A DNA stretch of 64,000 bases from NCBI GenBank assembly GCA_965203355.1, contig OZ241889.1, positions 608,001-672,000 of the forward strand, written 5' to 3'. Each line of letters begins with the position of its first letter. Within the stretch, counting starts at the first letter, position 1. The notes beneath the pieces are model-generated. The model made no database searches and was not told where the DNA came from. It saw only the letters and a program-made list of their open reading frames with translations. Below are positions 1 through 9,761 of the stretch, piece by piece. The stretch comes from Candidatus Latescibacterota bacterium (lineage in GTDB: Bacteria > Latescibacterota > UBA2968 > UBA8231). The translations under genes and the position numbers were made by a program.

Positions 1-58
1 CTGTGGCCGACAGAAACACGTTGGTGTCGGCGAATAGGATCTCACCGGCCGTCGTCAT
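1..58 (-). CDS. PIN-domain (VapC/FitB-like) toxin, 5' part only (runs off the window)
   Basis: Minus strand from ATG at 58 reads MTTAGEILFADTNVFLSAT. DTNV is the first PIN catalytic motif. It overlaps the end of the antitoxin ORF. Confidence 0.8.
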   Translation of the reverse strand, partial: MTTAGEILFADTNVFLSAT

Positions 59-272
59 CGTATATCTCGCTTCGAGACCATGTCGATGTAGCCCGGCCGG
101 TCTCTACCGTTACCCAAGACATCGCCGCTGGCTGCTCGGGCGGGGCAGTGCGAGCGGCCCGCTCTAGTATTGTATGCAGTTCTCCCTGGAGCGAGCGACG
201 GTGGCTCTTAGCCAGCCGTTTCAGGGCCGCCAGTGTGTTGGGATCCACGTCTCTGATATGTAGTGATTTCAC
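42..272 (-). CDS. FitA-like ribbon-helix-helix antitoxin
   Basis: LHIRDVDPNTLAALKRLAKSHRRSLQGELHTILE matches the FitA/Arc RHH pattern. It lies directly upstream of the PIN toxin. Confidence 0.85.
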   Translation of the reverse strand: MKSLHIRDVDPNTLAALKRLAKSHRRSLQGELHTILERAARTAPPEQPAAMSWVTVETGRATSTWSRSEIYDDDGR

Positions 273-274
273 AC

Positions 275-307
275 TGTTATCAAATTGATACCTTCACGCT
301 CTGTCAA
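275..307 (-). promoter_or_regulatory. Probable TA promoter with autoregulatory operator palindrome
   Basis: TATCAA-A-TTGATA palindrome at 278-290 just upstream of the antitoxin start, and TTGACA on the minus strand at 307-302. Confidence 0.45.
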
Positions 308-468
308 GGGCCGCACATGTTGCGAGTTTGAACGTCAAAATCCCGATTCCTTAGCACTTCTGTTCGCGTCTGAGAACGAGGCCGCCAGAAAAATACTGCT
401 TCGGGACGCCATTGACTAGCGCGGCCAGAGGGAATACCCTTTGACGACCCTTTCACCCGGAGCATGTC

Positions 469-1470
469 ATGGGCCTAACCACTGCCGAATGCCAGCAGTT
501 CCACGATCTTGGCTACGTAGTCAAAGAAGACATCTACTCCCAAGCCGACCTCCAACCCCTCAAAGACGGCCTCACCGCCGTCATTGACCAGACGTGTGCC
601 ACACTGCAAAAAGAAAGGCTACTCGGTGCCGAGACTTTTGCCGCCGAACCCTTTGAAACTCGGCTCGGTGCCCTCTTCAAAGCCAATGTCGAAGTCGGCG
701 AGCGCGTGACCCGAGCGATCATGGGGCACGGTGGGGGCGGCTTCAAAGAACAGGCCATCCTCGACTTTTTGCGCCATCCGCCGCTCGTCTCCTGCATTGA
801 AAGTCTCGTCGGCCCAGACATCATCGGCTCGTCCGTGTACCGCATCCGTCCTAAGGCGCCCGGCTACTCGCGCGGGGCCGTGCCTTGGCACCAAGACTCG
901 GGCTACTTCATGCCTCACTGCGACGGAAGCCTGATCGCAACCTGCTGGATTCCCCTCGTCGATGCCACCATTGAAAACGGCTGCCTGCACGTCATCCCCA
1001 AATCGCACCGCAGCGGCGTCTATCGCCACTACACCGGCGGACAAGGCGGGTATCTCGAAATCGCCGGCGAAGACCTGCCGGGAGCCGAACCTGTGGCCTG
1101 CCCAATGCGCGCTGGCTCGGTGCTCTTCATGACCAATCTCACCCCGCACGCCTCCTTTGATAATAACACCGACATCGTCCGCTGGAGCGTCGATCTCCGC
1201 TATCAAGACGCCAAGGTTCCGAACAACATTGACGAAGACCCCAAAGACTTCGATCCAGAGCGCGACCCGGTCACCATGGCCTGCTTGCCTACGGAAGGCG
1301 ACTTTGTCATCAAAGACGCGCAAGACCCCGCGCGCGAAGTCACCGACATCGCCGAATTCAAGAAAATCCGCACCCGCTACGAACAGACCCCCGTCCACAA
1401 GCCCGGCCGCGGCTGGACCCCTTTCGCCGAGCGCGAAACCACCACTTCGCAAAGGAGGACGATCTCGTGA
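469..1470 (+). CDS. Phytanoyl-CoA dioxygenase (PhyH) family Fe/2-oxoglutarate dioxygenase
   Basis: PWHQD (HxD), WIPLVDATIENGCL, distal HAS, RWSVDLRY. Confidence 0.9.
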   Translation: MGLTTAECQQFHDLGYVVKEDIYSQADLQPLKDGLTAVIDQTCATLQKERLLGAETFAAEPFETRLGALFKANVEVGERVTRAIMGHGGGGFKEQAILDFLRHPPLVSCIESLVGPDIIGSSVYRIRPKAPGYSRGAVPWHQDSGYFMPHCDGSLIATCWIPLVDATIENGCLHVIPKSHRSGVYRHYTGGQGGYLEIAGEDLPGAEPVACPMRAGSVLFMTNLTPHASFDNNTDIVRWSVDLRYQDAKVPNNIDEDPKDFDPERDPVTMACLPTEGDFVIKDAQDPAREVTDIAEFKKIRTRYEQTPVHKPGRGWTPFAERETTTSQRRTIS

Positions 1471-1805
1471 GCAACAACTATTCGGAAAGCAGCTTTTGGG
1501 AGAAACTGCGCGATTGCGCGATTGTCGCTGGGCGCGAAGTGGTCGAGAAGGCCCTTCAGCTATACTACGCAGCGCAAGCACCAGAAACACCGATATGGGC
1601 CAAAAAGGTCATTTACGGTGCCCTCGCCTATTTTATTTTGCCCACTGATGCCATACCCGATTTCATCCCGGTCGCCGGATATGTCGACGATCTCGGTGCC
1701 CTCGCTGCGGCAATCGCGACGATCGTCGCGTACATTACCCCGGAAATCGAAGAGAAAGCTAAGCGGAAAGCGGCCGAGTGGTTCGGCAGCAAGGGCCGTG
1801 CTTAA
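1467..1805 (+). CDS. YkvA/DUF1232 family membrane protein
   Basis: ALAYFILPTDAIPDFIPVAGYVDD signature. Confidence 0.9.
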   Translation: MSNNYSESSFWEKLRDCAIVAGREVVEKALQLYYAAQAPETPIWAKKVIYGALAYFILPTDAIPDFIPVAGYVDDLGALAAAIATIVAYITPEIEEKAKRKAAEWFGSKGRA

Positions 1806-1809
1806 TGGT

Positions 1810-2397
1810 ATGCACTTTACCCACTGGATTTTCGATCTCGACAACACCTTGGCTGACAGCACCATTGATTTCAATGCTATGCGCCGAGCATTGGGGTTGC
1901 CTTTGGGGAAAGACATGCTCGAAGCGATTGACACTCGCCCGGCCGCCGAAGCGGCTGGGCTCAGACGCCGCCTTGCCGCGCTCGAACGCGAATACGCGCT
2001 TCGCGCCCAGCCCTTACCCGGCGTCCACGCGCTGCTGGCCTCACTGGTCGAACGCGGTTTCCGGCTCGGCATCCTCACCCGCAATAACCACGCCAATGCG
2101 TTGCAGACGCTCGCTGTTTGCAACCTCGCCGCATTCTTCGCTCCCGCCGACATCTTAGGCCGCGACGAAGCCGCCCCCAAGCCCGACCCCGATGGCATTC
2201 GCAAGCTGCTAGCCGCTTGGGGTGCCGCGCCCGAAACCGCCGTGATGGTAGGCGACTTCCGCTACGACATCGAAGCCGGTCGCCGCGCCGAGGTCAGCAC
2301 CATCTACTACGACGCGGCCGGGCAGGACCTCTGGACGACTGAAGCCGACTTCCGCGTCCAAAGCCACGCCGAGTTGCTCGCACTGTTGTCCGAGTAA
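1810..2397 (+). CDS. HAD-superfamily hydrolase (phosphoglycolate phosphatase-like)
   Basis: Motif I FDLDNTL, KPDPDG, VGDFRYDI. Start placed at ATG 1810 rather than the ORF-track start. Confidence 0.9.
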   Translation: MHFTHWIFDLDNTLADSTIDFNAMRRALGLPLGKDMLEAIDTRPAAEAAGLRRRLAALEREYALRAQPLPGVHALLASLVERGFRLGILTRNNHANALQTLAVCNLAAFFAPADILGRDEAAPKPDPDGIRKLLAAWGAAPETAVMVGDFRYDIEAGRRAEVSTIYYDAAGQDLWTTEADFRVQSHAELLALLSE

Positions 2398-2402
2398 TTG
2401 CG

Positions 2403-2771
2403 CTAGGAACCCCGCCTTCCACTCCGCCGCATATTGCCCGCTCCGCGCTGATCGCCGCGGGACGAGAAAAAACTACTGCGCTGCTGGTCAAAGCGGTCGC
2501 CGCCCCTGCCCGACCCACGCCCGGCTTGGTCCTTGCGATCGTGTGCCTCGCTCAGATGCAGCTTCTGCCCCTCAAGTTCCTTGTCGTTGAGATGGGCAAT
2601 GGCCTCTTCGCCCTCGTGCCGGGTAGCCATCTCCACGTAGCCAAAGCCACGCGATTCGCCGCTCTTTTTTCGGGCAACGGTCGCGGCCACAACCTTTCCG
2701 TATGGTTGGAAGAGCTGGACCAGTGCCTCCTTTTTGGTTGTCTTTGCCAAATTGCCCACGTGTATGTTCAC
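2403..2771 (-). CDS. RRM RNA-binding protein with Gly/Arg-rich tail
   Basis: RNP2 IHVGNL, RNP1 RGFGYVEM. AAGGAG RBS before GTG 2771. Confidence 0.9.
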   Translation of the reverse strand: MNIHVGNLAKTTKKEALVQLFQPYGKVVAATVARKKSGESRGFGYVEMATRHEGEEAIAHLNDKELEGQKLHLSEAHDRKDQAGRGSGRGGDRFDQQRSSFFSSRGDQRGAGNMRRSGRRGS

Positions 2772-2890
2772 AGTGTACTCCTTTCGCTGGCGCGGATTGT
2801 AGTTCACAAATGAAAAATCGTCGTACTTATCGAAGGATTCAGCGATATATTCGATGTTTTGGTGAAACAAGAGTTCCAATGCAGCATTGC

Positions 2891-3157
2891 CTAATCGGCG
2901 TCTATCTTCTCGGCCAGCCAGACCTTGATAAGCGATTGATAGGGAACATCTCGCTTGTTGGCTGCGATCTTGATCCGCTCTAGTAAATCAACCGGCAATC
3001 TCAGGGAAATCGCCTTGGTCGGAGGTTTGAGATTGGGGAAGCGGACGCGCTTGGCTTCGCTCCATTCAACATAGTCGGTCGAATCGTGGCTTTCCCAAAA
3101 AGCCCGCTCCTCGGCCTCGCTCTTAAAGACGGGAATGGGGTTTCGTTTCTTGCTCAT
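2891..3157 (-). CDS. brnA: BrnA/CopG-family antitoxin
   Basis: EERAFWESHDSTDY...ISLRLP...VPYQSLIKVWL. Downstream of and overlapping BrnT. Confidence 0.85.
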   Translation of the reverse strand: MSKKRNPIPVFKSEAEERAFWESHDSTDYVEWSEAKRVRFPNLKPPTKAISLRLPVDLLERIKIAANKRDVPYQSLIKVWLAEKIDAD

Positions 3158-3443
3158 AACGAGTTCGCTCCTTGCGGCTCATAGCCCGGGCAGAAATGAC
3201 GCGAAGCATGGTGTTCGCCTCGCGAAGCGTGAATGTTACGTGAAGCCGACGTCCAACCTGAGTTGTGCCCAAGGCGTGAAACCGCGGTTCCAATTGACTA
3301 TGGGCGACATCCTCAACCAGTAGGAGCGGCTCATTGGCAAACACCTGCTCTGCTTCGGCCTGACTAACCCCGTGTTTGTCAGTATTCTTGCGGAAGTTAC
3401 CTAGATCCCATTGAAAACCGACGACTTGATCGAGGTCAATCAT
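3123..3443 (-). CDS. brnT: BrnT family ribonuclease toxin (DUF497)
   Basis: FQWD..N..KN..KHGVS..EAEQVF and RVISAR.MSRKER motifs. Confidence 0.9.
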   Translation of the reverse strand: MIDLDQVVGFQWDLGNFRKNTDKHGVSQAEAEQVFANEPLLLVEDVAHSQLEPRFHALGTTQVGRRLHVTFTLREANTMLRVISARAMSRKERTRYEQETKPHSRL

Positions 3444-3584
3444 CTTGCAAGTCGTATATATTCATAACATACGTGCCCGTCCAAGTAAATCCACAACGCG
3501 CCAAATGCTTCCTCACCGCGCCCCGCAGGCGTACAATCATCGGGATCCGCTTCTAAATGATACAACTCTCCACGCCTCGGCGCG

Positions 3585-4430
3585 TTATTCTCTGTGTTCG
3601 CGCTTCGCAACGGCCTTTTCCAGTTCGGGCAGCAGCACATTTTTGACCCAGCTAAAATCTGGATTGATTGCGAGTGCCTTTGCAAAAGCGGCGCGCGCCA
3701 GCGCTAGCTCGCCTCGGCCTTGGTGCGCGAAGCCGAGCCAAGCATAGGTGCGGCTGTGTCCCCATGCGGGGTGGATGGGATCGGCCGGCTCTTCTTGGGC
3801 GAACAGTTCGGCGGCGCGCTGGAATCCTTGCAGGCCCTTTTCCTTGCTGCCACCCAACAGGCGAGGGGTGTTAAAATCGCGGATGGCCGTGTACAGCGCG
3901 ACGCGCGGATTATCGGGTGCAAGCTGCGACGCTTTTTTTAGGGCCTGCTCTGCTCTGCGCCCCAGGACCATGCCTTTGATCGGGTTGAGGCCGATCTGGC
4001 GTCCGTACGCGCTCGCTAGCAGAGCGTAGGCTTCGGCCGCTTGCGGGTCAATCTCAGTAGCCTTTTGCAAGTGCTCGACCGCGGCTTTGAGGTGCTCCCA
4101 AGCCGCGCCTTTGTTTTCGTCGCCTGTGGCCAACAGGTGGTCGGCGATGCGATAGTCGGCCAATGCGATATAGTAGTGGCCCCACGCGGCCAAGCCGGTG
4201 TCGGCCAAAGTGCGCTCAAACGCGGCTTTAGCCGCATATAGCGCGTCGGGAGCATCGGCTCGCAGCATCTGTTTGCCGCTGACGAGCAGGCTGTCGGCGG
4301 AGCTTCCCATCGCCAGCGTTGGCGACGCTTGTGCGCGGGCAAGATCGGCGAGCCACAAGGCCAAAGCGAGCGCGAGCCACAGCCTACGGGTCGGCTGGTC
4401 ACCCTTACGGGTCGGCCATTTCAAACCCAT
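3585..4430 (-). CDS. Secreted tetratricopeptide-repeat protein
   Basis: Signal-like hydrophobic stretch and TPR helices (HLQKATEIDP, ALKKASQLAPDNPR, FAKALAINPD). Start uncertain. Confidence 0.75.
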   Translation of the reverse strand: MGLKWPTRKGDQPTRRLWLALALALWLADLARAQASPTLAMGSSADSLLVSGKQMLRADAPDALYAAKAAFERTLADTGLAAWGHYYIALADYRIADHLLATGDENKGAAWEHLKAAVEHLQKATEIDPQAAEAYALLASAYGRQIGLNPIKGMVLGRRAEQALKKASQLAPDNPRVALYTAIRDFNTPRLLGGSKEKGLQGFQRAAELFAQEEPADPIHPAWGHSRTYAWLGFAHQGRGELALARAAFAKALAINPDFSWVKNVLLPELEKAVAKREHRE

Positions 4431-4547
4431 TGCTCGCCGCCCGCCGGGCATGGAAAATTTTCTGCCCAACTCCTGTCAACGCGATGCCGCGCCGCAACTA
4501 CAGGCCCCATCGGGTTGGCAAAACGCATCGTCCGGTGCTCGTCCGAA

Positions 4548-4862
4548 TCAGCAAGGGTCGATCGCCCCACAGCTCCAACAGGCCGTAAACGCCCCCGGGC
4601 ACTCCTCGCCGCACACAGCGCAGGTCCACGGCTCTCGGTCTTGGGCAGCCGTTGCAAACAAGGTGTCAAGGTGCGACTTCGCGGCCGCGACTTGCCTGTC
4701 GTCCAAGACCCACAACTCCGGCCAGCACTCAATCGGCGGCAATTCGCCCACGCCGCCGAGCAGATGCTGCCCGCGCAAAACGCACTCAATGCCCTGCGCT
4801 TCCAAGGCGTTCTTGAGATGCGTGAGCATGGCCAAGTCTTGCGTGGTATAAACTCGCTCCAT
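4548..4862 (-). CDS. DUF2007 putative signal-transducing protein with C-terminal zinc ribbon
   Basis: HLKNALEAQGIEC...GELPPIECWPELWV and W-C-xx-C...CWSC. Confidence 0.8.
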   Translation of the reverse strand: MERVYTTQDLAMLTHLKNALEAQGIECVLRGQHLLGGVGELPPIECWPELWVLDDRQVAAAKSHLDTLFATAAQDREPWTCAVCGEECPGAFTACWSCGAIDPC

Positions 4863-4932
4863 TAGCACCTGCTTTTCTTTTTGCAACGGTCGTCGCGGCT
4901 TGTTACTGCGCCATCAGTGGAATCGACAATGT

Positions 4933-7038
4933 TCAAAAATTAAACCGATAGCTCAATTTCGTCAGCAGTATCCGCTCTGTTGTATCGGCCCGATGCTCGT
5001 TATAGGCGATGTAGAACCGGCTGTTATTCGGGCCGAAGGTGTAGCTAAAAAGCAGGTTGAGATCAACGGTGTCCCGGTGGAAGCTGCGCTGGAAAAAGCT
5101 GCGGATGAACAGGTCCCGATGCAGAAAATACGTCGTCCTCACCAGCAGGACGCGCTTTACTTCGTCCAGTGCGCCGGAGGGGAAATATTCCCAGACCGAT
5201 TCCGTACTGGAGTCCAAAAAGAACCCCTCCCACAGGTCGAACCGCAGCGATCCAGATACGCGGCGGATGTCGCCGAGGTATTCGTCGGCAAAGTCGTACT
5301 GGTCTCGCAGTTGACCGGTGAGGCGGAGCCGGTACTTGCGCCCGTTGCCGGTGTCAAAAGCAGCCATGAACGAGTCGCCGTTGTACTTTTTTTGCTGCCA
5401 CCGCAGTTGCCAATTTTCGTGGCTGAACCACACCCGCGAGTCATCGCGCCGCCGTACGTACACATCGACATTGCTCCATTGCCATTCCCACCCCTTTTCG
5501 TTGGTCCGCCGCTCGGCAACGAGGTCTTGGCCTAAAAAGACTTTTTCAATGCCGAGGAAATCGGGACGCCAGCCATAGCTTCCATAGAAGCCGAATTCTC
5601 GCACGCCCACGTCGGCATCGTGCGGGATGAAGCCGATTTGATCCACATTGAACCCCGGATCGATCCAAGAGCCCCAAACCTCAAAGGGGAAGCGATCCGA
5701 GTCGTACGTAAAGCGACCGCTGTGCATTTTGTTGCGATCGTCCGTGTCTACGCCAAAACTCATCGCCGAATGGAGGAAGAGCTTGGCGTTGTCGTCCACG
5801 TTTAAGACGAGATCGCTGCCCACGGCCTGTTGCCCTAGCGGACCGTCTTTTCCGACCGCCAAGGCACCAATAGAAGAATTGACGCCTAAGTCGCGCTTGA
5901 GGCGCAAGACGCCGAAATGCGGCGGATCGCCTTCTTTGGGGCGGTTCCGCGCGGCGATCAGGCCGACGCTGTTTTTGCCGATCTTACCCGTTACTTTCGC
6001 GCCAGCATCGGGATCGCTAATGCGACGGCTGTAGAAGAGATCCATCGCCGTAAAGAGCTTTTGACCTTCGAGGAAGAACGGGCGTTTCTCCGCTAGGAGG
6101 AGTTCAAACCGAGTCAGGTTTATCTGATTTTCGTCGGCTTCTATATGAGCGAAATCCGGGTTGAAGGTGGCGTCTAAGGTGAGGTTGGAGGCAATGCTGT
6201 ATTTCAGGTCGAGCCCGAAATCACTGGACCAGCCTTCTGCGGACCGACTCCCCACATGGCCGTAGCCTCCGGTTGTATAAGGCAGTACCTCTAGGTGAAG
6301 TCCCGGTTTTATGTCTTCAAGTCCATGGAGGTGGCCGGCCTTAGACACTTTCAGGAGATATCGGTCGTCTCTCGATATAAATGCCCAGTTGCTGTTCTCC
6401 GTATAGGTCCGCTCAATGCGCTGGACGTTTATGCCCCACGTATGCTGGGCCAATTCGGGAAACCGCAGCGTCTTGAATGGGATGGCGATCTCGGCACTCC
6501 AGCCTTGTTCGTGGACCTCGGTTTCGGCCTGCCAAATGCCGTCCCAGCTCTGATCGATTCCACCCCAGCCACCGGACCCGTCGTTTTCAACGCGAAAATC
6601 ATTCTGGACGCCGTAGGCATTTATGTAGAATCCGTAGGCATTTTGGTGGTCGTGATAGGTGTCTAAGACGAGACCAACAAGATCCAACGGAGCGAATCGG
6701 CCATCCCGCTGCATGACGCGACCCTTTATATTGCCGGGCGCTGCATCCATCATATTGAGGCCGATGTACAGATAATCGGCGTCGTAGAGGACGTGGATAA
6801 AGGTTTGGTTGGTCGCGGCGACGCCTTCTTCGGGTTCGATCAAGATGAATCCCGTCGCCGGTGTCGTCCGCTGCCAGCCTTCATCGTCTAGGACGCCGTC
6901 TATGGTGGGCCGAAGGTGCGTCCTGAAGGCCCACACTTCCTTTTCGCTGGGCTTTTCGTGGGCTGAGGCAGACAGCGCAACAAAGAGTGCAGCCCCTACC
7001 ATCCAGAGTAGCTTTATGTGCATGCGAATGCTGGTCAT
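4933..7038 (-). CDS. CBM9-like/DUF5916 outer-membrane protein
   Basis: PTIDGVLDD, LDTYHDHQNAYGFYINAYG, WSAEIAIPFKTLRF, NPDFAHIEAD, EKRPFFLEG, C-terminal beta-strand ending in F. Confidence 0.85.
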   Translation of the reverse strand: MTSIRMHIKLLWMVGAALFVALSASAHEKPSEKEVWAFRTHLRPTIDGVLDDEGWQRTTPATGFILIEPEEGVAATNQTFIHVLYDADYLYIGLNMMDAAPGNIKGRVMQRDGRFAPLDLVGLVLDTYHDHQNAYGFYINAYGVQNDFRVENDGSGGWGGIDQSWDGIWQAETEVHEQGWSAEIAIPFKTLRFPELAQHTWGINVQRIERTYTENSNWAFISRDDRYLLKVSKAGHLHGLEDIKPGLHLEVLPYTTGGYGHVGSRSAEGWSSDFGLDLKYSIASNLTLDATFNPDFAHIEADENQINLTRFELLLAEKRPFFLEGQKLFTAMDLFYSRRISDPDAGAKVTGKIGKNSVGLIAARNRPKEGDPPHFGVLRLKRDLGVNSSIGALAVGKDGPLGQQAVGSDLVLNVDDNAKLFLHSAMSFGVDTDDRNKMHSGRFTYDSDRFPFEVWGSWIDPGFNVDQIGFIPHDADVGVREFGFYGSYGWRPDFLGIEKVFLGQDLVAERRTNEKGWEWQWSNVDVYVRRRDDSRVWFSHENWQLRWQQKKYNGDSFMAAFDTGNGRKYRLRLTGQLRDQYDFADEYLGDIRRVSGSLRFDLWEGFFLDSSTESVWEYFPSGALDEVKRVLLVRTTYFLHRDLFIRSFFQRSFHRDTVDLNLLFSYTFGPNNSRFYIAYNEHRADTTERILLTKLSYRFNF

Positions 7039-7246
7039 GTATCACCTCTCCATTGGGCAAGGTCCGTTCCTCGCAGCAAACGGCAAGAATCCATCTGCCG
7101 CAGACTTACAACGCGGCATTTAACAATGGCAACTGTTTCCTTGGGCGATCCGACTCGCGGCTGGCGATCGTCCTTTAGTTGCTTTTAGGCGACAGAGGTA
7201 GCCGAATTTTTCGCCATCGCCGCGCGCTTCCGACGCCAAAAATGGC

Positions 7247-8059
7247 TCAGGAACCTGTGCTCTCGTAGGCACTCTGCCCCCAGCGGAACAGACCGAAGGC
7301 CAACAACAGACTCACCACGCCCACCAGGGGCGGTCCCAATATCCATCCGGCAGCCATACCATCCTTAGCCAGCATCGCCGCCGCTGGATAATAGGAGCAA
7401 AAGGCCAACGGCACTAGCGACGACAGCAAGATGCGGATGACCACCCCGTAGATCGTCAGCGGATACAGACAGTAGTGGCGCAGCGCGATGATCAATTCGT
7501 GTAGCACTGTAAACCGCACCAACCAAAAGCAAGTGGCCGCTTGGGCCATCATCACCGCGGTCATAATTGCGTTGCCCGCCACGATGACTAAGAGAAGCTG
7601 GAAGATGCGCCCAAGCGTCCAAGTGTAATCCAGTTCAGCGGCGGCAAACAGAACGAAAGCCAAGCCCATGAGCAGGTCCCCGAACCCGTTGACATTCGCC
7701 CGCCTACAGCTCAGGAGCAGCAGGACGCTGCGCGGCTTCGTCAACATTTGATCAAACGAGCCATCCAAGATCATCATGCTGGTATCGCGGACGCCTTGGA
7801 ATCCCAGTCTGTAAAGTGCCATCGACAAGAGCAGCAATCCGTAGAGAAATGCAACCTCGGCCAACGTCCAGCCGCCGACCGCGTGTATCTTGGTGAAAAC
7901 CACCCACAGAAAGGCTAAACCCGCCCCTTGCGCGAGGGCGAAAAGCACCATCTCCATCCACGTGTCCACTGCATAAGCCGCCCGCGATTTCACATTCATG
8001 GTTTGCAACCGGACGAAGCAGCGCATTCCAGCAGCAAGGCCGGCCCAAGTAGCCATCAT
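7247..8059 (-). CDS. ABC-2 family transporter permease (DUF990 type)
   Basis: GGWTLAEV, GSFDQMLTKP, YPLTIY, C-terminal YESTGS. Start at ATG 8059. Confidence 0.85.
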   Translation of the reverse strand: MMATWAGLAAGMRCFVRLQTMNVKSRAAYAVDTWMEMVLFALAQGAGLAFLWVVFTKIHAVGGWTLAEVAFLYGLLLLSMALYRLGFQGVRDTSMMILDGSFDQMLTKPRSVLLLLSCRRANVNGFGDLLMGLAFVLFAAAELDYTWTLGRIFQLLLVIVAGNAIMTAVMMAQAATCFWLVRFTVLHELIIALRHYCLYPLTIYGVVIRILLSSLVPLAFCSYYPAAAMLAKDGMAAGWILGPPLVGVVSLLLAFGLFRWGQSAYESTGS

Positions 8060-8520
8060 TAGCCTCCCTGCACCACGAGCCGTTGAGAAGAGAAGTGCCA
8101 AACTCCCACGGCGACCGGCACCAAAAGGACAATCCAGATCGTCTGGCAGAGCAGGGCTGCCCATAGAGCCGGCAATCCAGCGGCCATCAGCATTTCTGTT
8201 ATGGGGCCGACTTCGAGAGTCCCGCCCAAGAAGATATTGATTGGGGTGTAGAACATGGATTGGAAAGGCAATGCAAACAAAACCGCTCTCAAGGTGTCTG
8301 GAAAGAAGGGCAGTGGAATCAGGGAGCCGGTGGCGAAGGAAATGATCAGGCCCCACAATTGAGCGGCCGCACTATGGGTCTCGGTGAACAGAGTTAGCTG
8401 CGCGAGGGTGAATTCTAGCAGGAAATAGACGACGAGAGCTTGGATCAATGAGACGAGAAAAGCGACCGCCGCCGCTGGGGCGGGCCACTGGATCGCCAGC
8501 ACAACGGCTCCCAATCCGCT
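8059..8520 (-). pseudogene. 5'-truncated ABC-2 permease (C-terminal half only)
   Basis: GSLIPLPFFP, LPFQSMFYTP and terminal VVQGG match the family. It is ~150 aa against ~267 aa for the paralog at 54691. The N-terminal half and the ATPase gene are absent and the IS cargo abuts it. Confidence 0.75.
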
Positions 8521-9099
8521 TCACTGCGCTCTTAAAGTCTTTGATTCTGTTGTTTTTTGCTCATGGTTCATCCCTCTGTGTTTGGCGATTCGATCTAACA
8601 AGTGGTCTGTGGATTCGCTGCGTTCCTGCATCATTGCAGCCCACGCCCTTCCAGGGTGTATAGTGTCCCATTGCGACCGTTGCTGGTCGCGCCGTGCCTT
8701 CCCTTGGTGGTGATTGCCGAAACCCTTGACGACCCGGTTCCAGATCGGGTCGTATCGGTCGATCAGAATTTGCTCGGTAAGCCCGATCCAGACTTGTTCC
8801 AACACAAGCCACCTGCACCCGAAGTCTCCGCATGACAGATTGGTCGCTGCATCTATTGATGCCGCGTGTTCTGACAGTCTGGTGTGTAACCCTCTGTCCG
8901 CCTTGCCAACGTAAATAGGCGAATCCAGATCGACGTATGCAGGAAATGACCCAGAGTAATGGATCGTGTAGACACCAGCACCTGAAAACTGAGGTTGTGG
9001 CGGCAGCTCGGCTATATCGTAGTCCATCAATGCTCGGGCAGCGTTTCGACCCAGTTCATCCACACTCAGTGGGTTATAGGCCCTCATCGGACGGCTCAC
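8521..9099 (-). CDS. Eco29kI-family GIY-YIG restriction endonuclease
   Basis: GAGVYTIHY...PIYVGKA, RLSEH, E..LI..Y.PIWN, GFGNH, RSQWDTIHPGR.WA. Confidence 0.85.
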   Translation of the reverse strand: MSRPMRAYNPLSVDELGRNAARALMDYDIAELPPQPQFSGAGVYTIHYSGSFPAYVDLDSPIYVGKADRGLHTRLSEHAASIDAATNLSCGDFGCRWLVLEQVWIGLTEQILIDRYDPIWNRVVKGFGNHHQGKARRDQQRSQWDTIHPGRAWAAMMQERSESTDHLLDRIAKHRGMNHEQKTTESKTLRAQ

Positions 9100-9761
9100 A
9101 AATTAGTTCTTTTGCGCTCACTGTGGGGGCCGTTGCGGCATACTACCCAAAAGCAATGGCGCTTCCTCGCATGATGGGCATTTTTCCACCTGGTCGATAC
9201 CATCGGGCCGTTGCGAACCTTGACAATCAGGTCACAGACCACAAATCCGGCTTCTTCGGCCATTGCCATGAAATCACAATGCGCCCATCGCTGGCGATGG
9301 TTGTTAACAATGTCAGTAATCTTTGCCAGTAGCAGTCCGTCAGGCATAAGCACCCGCTTGGCCTGTTTCAGGAACGGCGGGTACAGGTAGCTGAGGCTCC
9401 AATCGTGTTTTTTGCCGCACGGTACGGTAGCACCAAAGTCTACGTCAAACCGCTTTGAACTTTTGTCCCTGCCCTGCGGCCCAACGTGCGGCGGGTCGTA
9501 TACGACAACTGAATAGGAATCGTCTTTGACCCCCGGCATTTCACGGTTGTCTGCAACGATGTCCGGCTTGTACTTCGGGTCTATATCCATTGAGGTTACG
9601 TTCCTGCCCGACTCTTTCCAGAAGCGGCCCGCGTTATGGGTGGCATCAAGAATCGGGTCTGGGTCGATCACTGGGTAAAAGCTCAGCATTTCCTCTAACA
9701 GCTCGTTATCAGACCCCATCCAAACACTGCTAATCGCCTTGTACCGGCCCGCTTGGCTCAT
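9096..9761 (-). CDS. Small amino (m6A/m4C) DNA methyltransferase
   Basis: SAM-binding ILDATHNAGRFW, SMDID, catalytic VYDPPH, AKRVLMPDG. No PC motif of C5 methyltransferases in catalytic position. Confidence 0.75.
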   Translation of the reverse strand: MSQAGRYKAISSVWMGSDNELLEEMLSFYPVIDPDPILDATHNAGRFWKESGRNVTSMDIDPKYKPDIVADNREMPGVKDDSYSVVVYDPPHVGPQGRDKSSKRFDVDFGATVPCGKKHDWSLSYLYPPFLKQAKRVLMPDGLLLAKITDIVNNHRQRWAHCDFMAMAEEAGFVVCDLIVKVRNGPMVSTRWKNAHHARKRHCFWVVCRNGPHSERKRTNL

